Below are positions 9,656-17,315 of a DNA stretch of 59,442 nucleotides, in pieces; position 1 is the first letter of the stretch, and the number at the start of each line of letters is the position of its first letter. The translations under genes were made by a program, and so were the position numbers. The DNA comes from Azonexus sp. (GTDB lineage Bacteria; Pseudomonadota; Gammaproteobacteria; Burkholderiales; Rhodocyclaceae), in assembly GCA_041918795.1 (NCBI GenBank), contig JAYRUZ010000001.1, forward strand, positions 1-59,442, written 5' to 3'. Under the pieces are notes generated by a model. That model worked only from the letters and a program-made list of their open reading frames with translations. It was not told the DNA's origin and did not search any database.

Positions 9656-10001
9656 GGGTCTGTTCCCCTTCGAACTTCACCTTGCCGCGATAGAGCTTCC
9701 AGGCGTGGTCAGGGTTTCCAACCGGCCAAATCTCCATATCGTAAAACCCCTTGTCAGCATTGATCTCAGCCGTCGTCAGGGCGCCAATATCGCGATCGAT
9801 GCGGCCAGTGGGAACATCGATCCGCAGGCGGCCATTCGCTGTGGACAAACGAACCAGCAGTTCGCCATCCGCGTCGCGAATATCCATCTGCGCCTCGGCA
9901 CCCGTCAGGTCATAAACGCTGCCATCCTTGTTTTTCAGCACGACTGGCGAATACCAGCGGGCGCCGATCTCGATCGTGATGTCGCGCTTAATTGCCGGCA
10001 T
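9648..10001 (-). CDS. Fibre attachment/adaptor-like virion protein
   Basis: 117 aa from ATG 10001; DLTGAEAQMDIR...YDMEI...LYRG pattern seen in fibre-anchoring Ig-like proteins. Confidence 0.6.
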   Translation of the reverse strand: MPAIKRDITIEIGARWYSPVVLKNKDGSVYDLTGAEAQMDIRDADGELLVRLSTANGRLRIDVPTGRIDRDIGALTTAEINADKGFYDMEIWPVGNPDHAWKLYRGKVKFEGEQTRG

Positions 10002-10458
10002 AAGGCTCTTTCCAGCTGCGCGTCTGGTAGCGCAGGCGAACCGAGTGGCAAAGCACACCGCAGAACATCACCGGGCCGCTGTCCTGAATCTCCGGCACCG
10101 CCTGGCCATCGTCCTTCGGCGTCAACAACAGGCCACCCAGGCGCGGCTCGGCGCGAAAGGCATCGAGCACTGCATCGACCAGGTCGTCGAACTCCTTCTC
10201 GCTGGCGCTCGCATCGTTTAGCGAACGGAAGCCGCGAATCTCCCAGCCGGTATCGACTTCGTTATTGGCCTGGCTCTCGCGGCGCGAAACCCGGCGAATG
10301 TGCCAGCCGAGCAACTTGCTGTCGCCGCCGTACAGCTCCTTGAAATCCTTGTCCGTCTTGGCATAGCGCTCATAGTCGAACACTGCGCCTATGCCGCTCA
10401 CCGTCCTGAGCCGGGCAGCGATCGCCGACCGCAGCACACTGTTTTCGCTCTGACTCAC
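9988..10458 (-). CDS. Tail terminator / head-tail joining protein
   Basis: 156 aa, expected position after the gp10-like gene. Confidence 0.6.
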   Translation of the reverse strand: MSQSENSVLRSAIAARLRTVSGIGAVFDYERYAKTDKDFKELYGGDSKLLGWHIRRVSRRESQANNEVDTGWEIRGFRSLNDASASEKEFDDLVDAVLDAFRAEPRLGGLLLTPKDDGQAVPEIQDSGPVMFCGVLCHSVRLRYQTRSWKEPYAGN

Positions 10459-11012
10459 GCTCCGCCTCCCAGTCGTTCAATCACCCGGCGCAACATCGTT
10501 TCCCACTGCGCAACGACCCGCGCGCTATTGGCGGCGAAGGCATCGCGGAACATGAAGGCACCCTGGGTGCCGTAGCGCTTGATCTTCCAGGCGATGGCAT
10601 GCGCCGCTGCCAGCGCCGATTCCTCGACGCCCTTGTTCTTCAGCGGCTTGCCCGTCTTCAGCGACACTGCCTGGCCGAGCGGCAGCTTGCGCATCGCCCA
10701 CTGGGCAATCGACAAGATGCCGGCTTCGGAAACCGGGTGCGGCTTGGTTCCCAGCTCCACGGCCGGCGCATAGTCCAGCGGCGTGCCGATCACCCCGAGC
10801 ATGCCGCTCGGCGAAATCTCGGTGCGCCCGATGATGCTGTTGCGCAGATGCCCCTCGGCGGCTGGCGTGCGGTCCTGCACTTCCCCCTGGAGCAAGGTCG
10901 TTGCCCAGGCGAAGAAGCGCCGCATCTCCTGATCGAGCACATCCGGTGCCTCGGCCAGGGCGCGTTCGAGCGTATCCATCCCGCTCAGGTGCAGGGTGTA
11001 GTGATCACTCAT
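10455..11012 (-). CDS. HK97 gp10-like tail completion protein
   Basis: RTPAAEGHLRNSI...YAPAVELGT...GTQGAFMF motifs. Confidence 0.8.
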   Translation of the reverse strand: MSDHYTLHLSGMDTLERALAEAPDVLDQEMRRFFAWATTLLQGEVQDRTPAAEGHLRNSIIGRTEISPSGMLGVIGTPLDYAPAVELGTKPHPVSEAGILSIAQWAMRKLPLGQAVSLKTGKPLKNKGVEESALAAAHAIAWKIKRYGTQGAFMFRDAFAANSARVVAQWETMLRRVIERLGGGA

Positions 11013-11658
11013 GGCGGCGGATCAGGTTGGTCAGCCGGCCACGTCCCGGCCAGGCGACCGCTTGGCCGCTCGCCGCCTGCTGGCTGGCGCCCCCCACGCC
11101 CAGCGTGTCGCTGTAGCGGGTCTTGAGCGCTCGCGCCCGGCTGGCGTATTCCTGCGCCTTGGTACGGCGGTCCGTTGCGTCTGCGGAAATGGTCGATTCG
11201 CCATCGTTGATCGCCGCCGCCGCCAGCTGCTCAAGCAACCAGGCAGCCGCCCAGCAAGCCACCGCCTCGCGATGGCTGGGCGAGACGGTATCGACCGTGT
11301 CGGACACCACATGCGCCACCTGGAAGGTCAGCCGCACCTCGGCCCCGGCGCCCAGGCTGTCGCCCAGGCGCAGCACGTTGCCGGCCGGCAGTGAATAAAT
11401 CGAACACGGCAAGTGAGCCGGCGGCGTCTCGCCAATCGGGTACTCGGCACTGATCAACTCGGAATCGGCCTCCCAGGCCTCCGGCAGCGGCAAGGTATCG
11501 CCGCCCGGCGCCACCACGTCGGCCACTTTCTTGCGCGGCCGATCCTGGCCATAGCGCGCCACCGCCAAGCCAATGGCGGTCTCCTTGTCGGACCGCGCCA
11601 GGCGCTCCGACTCATCGCGCACCAGGCTATCGACCAGCTTCTTGAAATCGTTCAGCAT
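11005..11658 (-). CDS. Head-tail adaptor protein
   Basis: 217 aa following the capsid gene. Confidence 0.6.
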   Translation of the reverse strand: MLNDFKKLVDSLVRDESERLARSDKETAIGLAVARYGQDRPRKKVADVVAPGGDTLPLPEAWEADSELISAEYPIGETPPAHLPCSIYSLPAGNVLRLGDSLGAGAEVRLTFQVAHVVSDTVDTVSPSHREAVACWAAAWLLEQLAAAAINDGESTISADATDRRTKAQEYASRARALKTRYSDTLGVGGASQQAASGQAVAWPGRGRLTNLIRRHE

Positions 11659-11661
11659 GAT

Positions 11662-11847
11662 TCAACCCAAGACCGGCAGCAAGGCACCTTCAGGAGCCTC
11701 GGTGCTTGCTGCCGGGGTTCCCCGGGCACAACGCTCAAAACGGGAGACGGTCGCGGAAGCGGACGGATTAGCTCCATCACCTAAAGGCCGGCTGCCTTCC
11801 GCAGCAACTGCCCGGCCGTCATGACTGACCACATGCGAACCACACAT
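11662..11847 (-). CDS. Possible 61-aa ORF overlying a structured intergenic region
   Basis: AAGGGAG RBS 5 nt before ATG; stop 3 nt before the next start; protein sequence not recognisable. Confidence 0.3.
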   Translation of the reverse strand: MCGSHVVSHDGRAVAAEGSRPLGDGANPSASATVSRFERCARGTPAASTEAPEGALLPVLG

Positions 11848-11900
11848 GCTTGCTCCCTTCCAGTGTATTCAGTGGGGACGGTTGCCCGTCCCCGTATCCG

Positions 11901-14216
11901 TTAGGCGACGACGGACTTGGTCGTACCCTTTTCGCCATCGACCAGAATCAAGCCGCCGTACTCATGGCGCAGCTTGTAGGTAATCTTGTCGTTGGAGAAC
12001 AGGCTGCCGACGTTCGGCATGTCCTGGATGAACAGCTCCGGCTCTTCCTGGCCATTCACGAAGCTGATCTCCAGCACCGCGTGCCGGCGCGGATCGGCGA
12101 CGGTCACCCAGTCGTTGCCATCGGTCCAGTGATTGACCGTGATCACCTCCGGGTTGATGGCCTGGACAAAGGTCTTGTCCAGATTCTGGTTGCGCACAAA
12201 GAGGTTGAACGCGGCTTCCTGCAGCTCGTAGGGCACCAGCACAGTCGCCGGGCTGACCCCCATGCGCTTTCCGCTGCCGGCGCGCGTCTGCTTGACCATG
12301 GCCAGGCGGTGCGCGGCGAAGGCCGTGGCATCGAGCGCAGAGGTGAAGAGATTGCCGTGATCGGCGTGATAGAGCGCCTTGGTGTCGTAGATCGCCGCGT
12401 TGGTGCGGAAGAAGTCGAAGGCAAATTCGTACAGCGTATTGCCGGCCGACAGAGCCATCTCAACCGGAACGCGGCGAATCGCGCCAACATCGTCAGCGAG
12501 GATCATCTCGCGGGTGATCGATTCGGTACCGCCGCGCTTCTGCGCCGCAAAGCTGGCCTTATCGTCGCCCGGGCTGCCGAGAGGTTCGTAATTGCCGCTC
12601 TCTGCCACGATGGGCAGATTGCCGTAACCGCCGATGCGGAAACGCTCCTGGGTGCGGAAGTCGTTCACACGGCCAACGGTCGCCACCTTGCGCCAGGCCT
12701 GCAGGTCGACGTTGGACACGTATTCGGCCTGCATGCGGCGGGTGATCGAGTTACCCAGGGCGTCGGCCCAGGAGGTGCTATCCAGCGCCTCGCGATAGAC
12801 GCCAAGCGATTCGGCCAGGCGGGCGCGGTCGCAGTCCTGCAGGCGGCCGGTCACGCGCTTGTCGCCGGTGACCTCGATGTAGGCCTCCCTGAACGACTGA
12901 ACCTGGCGATGATCCTTGTGCTGCGGATCGAAGAAGGCATCGAGCATGTCGGCAACGCGCGCCGAGCGATCCTCAACCTCGACCTCGAAAGCCGGCACGC
13001 GGACGCGGCCGGATTCGACGAAGCGTGCCAGGTACTCGCGCTCATCCTTGATCGCGGCCTCGACATCGGCCTCGACGAAGCGGTCGCGAGCGGCGAAATC
13101 GCGCTGCAGGCGATCCTTGGCCGGGGTCGGCAGGTTCGAAGCGTCGATCTTGGCGCGAGCCGTCGAACGAGCTTCAACCATGCGCAGGCGCTCTTCGGCA
13201 TCGGCCACTTGTTGGCTGAGGTTGATGGCCGGCGCCTTATCGGCAGCGACCGCTTCGCGGTACAGCGCCTCCAGTGCCTCATCGGTCACCGTTTCCGGAT
13301 CGATCTTGGCGTAAGCCTCCGGCTTCTTGGCCTCGATCAGGCGCAGCATCAGTTCACGCAGTTTCATGTCAGGGTCTCCTGTATTGACAATGGGTTCAGG
13401 GGCAGCTTCGACGAGTCGAATCAGGCGGCCCCCAGCCCCCGGCTCGACAATCAAATCAACGGAATCGACACGGTCGATCTTCTTCGGCACGCGAACACGC
13501 TTGCCTTCGAGCATGCGTACGCTGCCCTTCCCGGTCGCATCGATCGACAGGCCAGCGATATCCTGCTTGCCCGCCTTGAAGGCGCCGACCAGGAGCGCGC
13601 GGGTGTTCTCGGGCAGACCGGGCAGGTTGAGCGTGGCAACCACGCGGCCGCTATCCGGGCCGGCGCCCTCGATAAAGCGCGGCGCATCGGCCCAGCCGAC
13701 CACGTTGCTCAGGTCGCGGCCGTCGCCCTTGATGTGCTTTTCGTCGCTCTTCAGGCAGATACGCGCCCCGTCAAACAGCGGCAGCGCCTCGCGCAGCAGG
13801 GCATCGCTGTAGAACACATCGTTGAGCGAAACACCGGCCTGGATCAGCGTGGCCTCCCATACCGCGCCTTCGGCCTGACCTTCGGCCTCGACCAGGCGCA
13901 GATCGCCCTCAAGCGGCGCCGACTCCTTGAGCGGCACGAAGGTCTCGATCACCTCCAGCGGTTCGGCCAGGGTAGCCACGCCGTCGACCAGCGTATAAGC
14001 GTAGGACCAGTGGCGGCCATCCAGGCAGATCACTGCATGGTCGTCATAGACTGCATCCAGCTCGAACCATTTGCGGCCCACCTCGGCACCGGGGCCAGGC
14101 GCAGGGGAATTGATCTTGGCATCGAGCGCCGCGCGCACCAGGTTGACGGTGCGCATCAGATCGGGCGATGCCTCGCGCAGCGCCAGGCCGCGCAAACCGG
14201 AGCGGGGGAATTTCAC
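11901..14216 (-). CDS. Fused prohead protease-scaffold-major capsid protein
   Basis: 771 aa; protease motifs (KHIK, GLSID, DSVDLIVEPGAGG), helical middle region, and a C-terminal ~300 aa HK97-fold/Mu gpT-like region (ITREMILADD, LYHADHGNL). Confidence 0.88.
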   Translation of the reverse strand: MKFPRSGLRGLALREASPDLMRTVNLVRAALDAKINSPAPGPGAEVGRKWFELDAVYDDHAVICLDGRHWSYAYTLVDGVATLAEPLEVIETFVPLKESAPLEGDLRLVEAEGQAEGAVWEATLIQAGVSLNDVFYSDALLREALPLFDGARICLKSDEKHIKGDGRDLSNVVGWADAPRFIEGAGPDSGRVVATLNLPGLPENTRALLVGAFKAGKQDIAGLSIDATGKGSVRMLEGKRVRVPKKIDRVDSVDLIVEPGAGGRLIRLVEAAPEPIVNTGDPDMKLRELMLRLIEAKKPEAYAKIDPETVTDEALEALYREAVAADKAPAINLSQQVADAEERLRMVEARSTARAKIDASNLPTPAKDRLQRDFAARDRFVEADVEAAIKDEREYLARFVESGRVRVPAFEVEVEDRSARVADMLDAFFDPQHKDHRQVQSFREAYIEVTGDKRVTGRLQDCDRARLAESLGVYREALDSTSWADALGNSITRRMQAEYVSNVDLQAWRKVATVGRVNDFRTQERFRIGGYGNLPIVAESGNYEPLGSPGDDKASFAAQKRGGTESITREMILADDVGAIRRVPVEMALSAGNTLYEFAFDFFRTNAAIYDTKALYHADHGNLFTSALDATAFAAHRLAMVKQTRAGSGKRMGVSPATVLVPYELQEAAFNLFVRNQNLDKTFVQAINPEVITVNHWTDGNDWVTVADPRRHAVLEISFVNGQEEPELFIQDMPNVGSLFSNDKITYKLRHEYGGLILVDGEKGTTKSVVA

Positions 14217-14653
14217 AGCGCACCCACCAGCTTCTGGCCATCGGTCGTCACGACCGTAACCGTCTCGCCGCGCACCGCCCAGGCCAGCACCTCGGCCTCA
14301 TCAACCGCGACTTCTTTCGTCTCACCTGTCGGCTTGCCGGCATCGTCCAGCACGGGAACGATGCGCTTGACGGCAGCGGCCGCGACCGAAACGTCAATCA
14401 TGACAGCGTAGCCGGGGGCCTGATATGGAGCTTGAGGCGTCTCAACCGGAGGCGTCTCAACCGGAGGCATCTCAACCGGAGGCATCTCAACCGGAGGCAT
14501 CTCAACCGGAGGCGTCTCAACCGGAGGCGTCTCAACCGGAGGCGTCTCAGCCAGTGCGCCAGTAACAGACGCCGCCGCAGCTAGCGCTGCAGCAGCAGCC
14601 GCGCCGGCAGAAACCGCGCCAGGCTTGGGGGAACTTTGATTCTTGGGGGGCAT
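14213..14653 (-). CDS. First gene of the head operon, low-complexity protein with E(T/M)PPV repeats
   Basis: 146 aa, AGGAG RBS, GTGA overlap with the capsid gene. Confidence 0.75.
   Translation of the reverse strand: MPPKNQSSPKPGAVSAGAAAAAALAAAASVTGALAETPPVETPPVETPPVEMPPVEMPPVEMPPVETPPVETPQAPYQAPGYAVMIDVSVAAAAVKRIVPVLDDAGKPTGETKEVAVDEAEVLAWAVRGETVTVVTTDGQKLVGAL
14436..14549. repeat. 15-bp tandem repeat GGCRTCTCAACCGGA, 7 full copies plus 1 partial
   Basis: Seen directly; encodes ETPPV/EMPPV on the minus strand. Confidence 0.97.
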
Positions 14654-14686
14654 GTCGGCTCCTGTCAGTCAGCGATGTGTGCTGAC

Positions 14687-14737
14687 AGGATGCCGGGCAA
14701 ATCAGGCGATTCGCAGGGTGAAACGTTTCAACGCTTT
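14687..14737 (-). promoter_or_regulatory. Putative activator-dependent late promoter (head operon)
   Basis: AAAGCGTTGAA-ACGT-TTCACCCTGC, 20 nt, then CATCCT. Confidence 0.78.
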
Positions 14738-14825
14738 CGCGCTGGGAGATATTGGAGTGGACTGCTGCGGTGCACGGCCGAAAAACGGCAAAAACCAGAA
14801 TCCGTTTATACAGCGCGTGGCACGC

Positions 14826-15284
14826 TCAATTGCACTCGTCGCGAACGCGGCTGGAAGCAGTGTCCTGCTCACGCTTGGCCTGGTTCAGGCTGTGCTGCAT
14901 GCCCAGGTCGCGATACAGGGCGGCATCGCGTTCCGCCCACTTCTGCTGCCGCTGCGCCGAAGAGCAGCGCGTTGCCTTCTGCCGGGCAATGGCAGCATCC
15001 TCCGCTCCAACCCGATTGGCCATGCGCTGGTGCTGCAGATTATCGATAGCCTTTTCAGTTTCGACGGCGCCCAACTGGCGTCGCTCCCTGGAGTTAACGC
15101 GAGCGCGGTCGAGCTGCTGCTCAGCCGGCACGTAATCATGCATTGCACTGACATTCCGGGCATTGGCCGAACACGGCACATCGGAATAAACCGACTTGCC
15201 ATTGACTACACACTTGTAGGCTTGAGCCGAGGCCTCAACAGAGAGCAACAAAGCAACGAGAAAGAGATAGCGCATGATCGTCAC
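14826..15284 (-). CDS. Exported DUF4124-like protein
   Basis: Signal peptide ending ASA-Q, then AYKCVVNGKSVYSDVPC, coiled coil, terminal Cys pair. Confidence 0.75.
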   Translation of the reverse strand: MTIMRYLFLVALLLSVEASAQAYKCVVNGKSVYSDVPCSANARNVSAMHDYVPAEQQLDRARVNSRERRQLGAVETEKAIDNLQHQRMANRVGAEDAAIARQKATRCSSAQRQQKWAERDAALYRDLGMQHSLNQAKREQDTASSRVRDECN

Positions 15285-15394
15285 TCAATAAATAGCGTTT
15301 AGAACTGTTTAGAACGCTCCGTGCTGCCTTAATGAACCGCCCCCGGCATCAGCACAGCCAAGTGGCAGGCTTTTGCTCTTCATCGCTCGTAGAT

Positions 15395-15904
15395 TTATTT
15401 TCTCTGCGCGCCACCAGGTAGTGGCTCAAGAGATACCTTGCATAGCATGAGAGCCTTGTTGAACTCATCTTTCTTCTCGGATGCTTCCTGAGCAAATACT
15501 GCGGAAGACGCCGAGGAGTCTTCCATAAAGGCGAGGAACAGATTTATAACGGTCTGCATGTACTGAACTAACGCATCGCGAGCGGGAGAAACACACTTAC
15601 CAAATTGGGCATCCTTGACTTTGCGCCGTATATCTTGAAGCCGCCCCACTGGTTGTGCCAAGGCAACGCGTGAAGTCACCGCTGCGACTTGTTTTGCCGC
15701 ATCCCATTCTTCGGCCAGACTCTTTAGTCGTGCAAGATCAGCCTCACCTTGGCGTACCTCTGCAGCTCGCTGCTCAATTGCCGCCTGCTTCGCCAATTCC
15801 TTTTGGTGACTATTCCAGGCAATCGCAGCAATAGCACCGACGATAACGATCATCAGGATATGGAAAAATCCGAAACCACGTTGTCGCTTAACCATGTTCG
15901 ACAT
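15395..15904 (-). CDS. Membrane-anchored protein with a type IV prepilin-like leader
   Basis: KRQRG/FGFFHILMIVIVGAIAAIAW, then a helical domain with two Cys. Confidence 0.7.
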   Translation of the reverse strand: MSNMVKRQRGFGFFHILMIVIVGAIAAIAWNSHQKELAKQAAIEQRAAEVRQGEADLARLKSLAEEWDAAKQVAAVTSRVALAQPVGRLQDIRRKVKDAQFGKCVSPARDALVQYMQTVINLFLAFMEDSSASSAVFAQEASEKKDEFNKALMLCKVSLEPLPGGAQRK

Positions 15905-15931
15905 CTCTGCGCCTCACGAATAACCCGAAAA

Positions 15932-16303
15932 TCAAGCCGCCCTGGCTGTCGCTGCGCCGGCCAGCATCGATAACAGCGCCAGGCCCATCGCCGGCAACTG
16001 CAATACCTGGGGCAAATGCGGCTGCCCCCACATCAATGTGCCGCTGACCGACAGACAAACCAGCATGAACCAGAAGCGCCGCCGCGCCGAACGAAGCGCG
16101 CGCTCCCGACGATCCAGCGAAAAGATATCGGCACCGCAGTGCACGCACCACTGAGTCATCTTCCAGGTCCAGCCATGACACTGGGGGCAATCACGACCAT
16201 GGCGATGCTCTGGCGGTGGCGGCACCGGGCCGCTGCTCAGATTCTGAATGGTCTCGGCCACCTGGCCGAAGTTGCTGTCGATGTCGATTCTGATCCGGGT
16301 CAT
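15932..16303 (-). CDS. Zn-ribbon protein with two C-terminal transmembrane segments
   Basis: CPQC-x10-CVHC and two hydrophobic segments; starts 1 nt after the repressor stop. Confidence 0.78.
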   Translation of the reverse strand: MTRIRIDIDSNFGQVAETIQNLSSGPVPPPPEHRHGRDCPQCHGWTWKMTQWCVHCGADIFSLDRRERALRSARRRFWFMLVCLSVSGTLMWGQPHLPQVLQLPAMGLALLSMLAGAATARAA

Positions 16304-16304
16304 C

Positions 16305-16910
16305 TCAGGTCTTGCTGCCGCTTCCCTTTCCTTGGCCGATATTCATGGCGCCGTGATTCGTCACATTCCCTTCTACCACCTGGCCGTGGTTGATACCGAC
16401 CTTCATTTCAACCCTGTCACCCTTGATGACATTGGATTGGATCATACCACCGGCATTTGGTGACTGTGTAGTGCGCTGACACAGTTTTACGACGGCTTTC
16501 GCCAGCTGCTGGGCATCGACCTTTCCTTCCAGGCTGAGCAGGTCGACGGCGTCGAGGACGGCTTGATGGACGGCATCTAGCGTGACTTGCTGCGCCGTTA
16601 TCGCTGCATGCACAGCAGCAAGCCGTTCGCCACCCCCGCCAAGGCGGGTGGCGACATCCGCTGCCGACCGAATGTTTGCCATGGCGGCATGAGCTGCCGC
16701 TGGGGTTCCAGTCAGGACATATGCAGTGTCGATCTGTAGTTCCGGATGCTTCGCGGCGAAAGCAAACAGCTTGTCCTCGGGAAACGAATCTCGCTTCTTC
16801 CTTGCGTTTAGCGCCTTTTCGCCAAGGCCGAGCAGTTCCGCCACTTCCTTATCGGTGGCAACGCGAAGCTGATTTTTCAACCGCAAAAGCGCTTGCTCAC
16901 AAAAGTTCAT
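16305..16910 (-). CDS. Prophage immunity repressor (c-like, N-terminal HTH)
   Basis: TDKEVAELLGLGEKALNARKKRDSFP HTH and YVLTG motif; divergent from the ner-like gene. Confidence 0.85.
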   Translation of the reverse strand: MNFCEQALLRLKNQLRVATDKEVAELLGLGEKALNARKKRDSFPEDKLFAFAAKHPELQIDTAYVLTGTPAAAHAAMANIRSAADVATRLGGGGERLAAVHAAITAQQVTLDAVHQAVLDAVDLLSLEGKVDAQQLAKAVVKLCQRTTQSPNAGGMIQSNVIKGDRVEMKVGINHGQVVEGNVTNHGAMNIGQGKGSGSKT

Positions 16911-16919
16911 AAAAACCCC

Positions 16920-16950
16920 TTGCAATTCTACTGTTGTAGATTTAATCTAC
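16920..16950 (+). promoter_or_regulatory. Early promoter with overlapping operator-like inverted repeats
   Basis: TTGCAA-17 bp-TAATCT; palindrome GTAGATT-T-AATCTAC (16936-16950) and TCTAC-TGTT-GTAGA; TAGAAT on the minus strand upstream of the repressor. Confidence 0.7.
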
Positions 16951-17003
16951 GTTTCACAGGCAGCAACCTAGTTACTAACCACCCCACAAACAGGAGCCCA
17001 AAA

Positions 17004-17234
17004 ATGGACCTGCCCTACAAACCGCCAACTGCTCAGCCGTACTCCACTGACCAGGTCAAACAATTCTTCGACGCCGCTGGCGTCCCCGTTGCGCGCTGGG
17101 CCGAATCCAACGGTTACAACCGCCGCGAGGTCTACATGCTGCTCAACGGCCAGTTCAAAGGCCGCTTCGGCCGCATGCACGACCTAGCTATCAAGCTGGG
17201 CCTGAAGCTCCCGCTCGAACAGCTCGCTGCCTAA
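17004..17234 (+). CDS. Ner-like / BcepMu gp16-type DNA-binding protein
   Basis: 76 aa, WAESNGY...VYMLLNG...KGRFGRMHDLAIKLGLK; AGGAG RBS. Confidence 0.85.
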   Translation: MDLPYKPPTAQPYSTDQVKQFFDAAGVPVARWAESNGYNRREVYMLLNGQFKGRFGRMHDLAIKLGLKLPLEQLAA

Positions 17235-17315
17235 TCACTATGACCACCAACACAACCGCCCTATCAAGCGCAGCCCTGGTAAATGCCGGCACCCGTCACG
17301 ACGGCAAGCGTCTAC

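Noticed and set aside
11850-14411. 853-aa plus-strand ORF
   Set aside because: Antisense shadow of the capsid polyprotein in high-GC DNA; no recognisable motifs.
14436-14549. Repeat array as a possible CRISPR
   Set aside because: Head-to-tail 15-bp units with no spacers, in frame within a gene; no cas genes.
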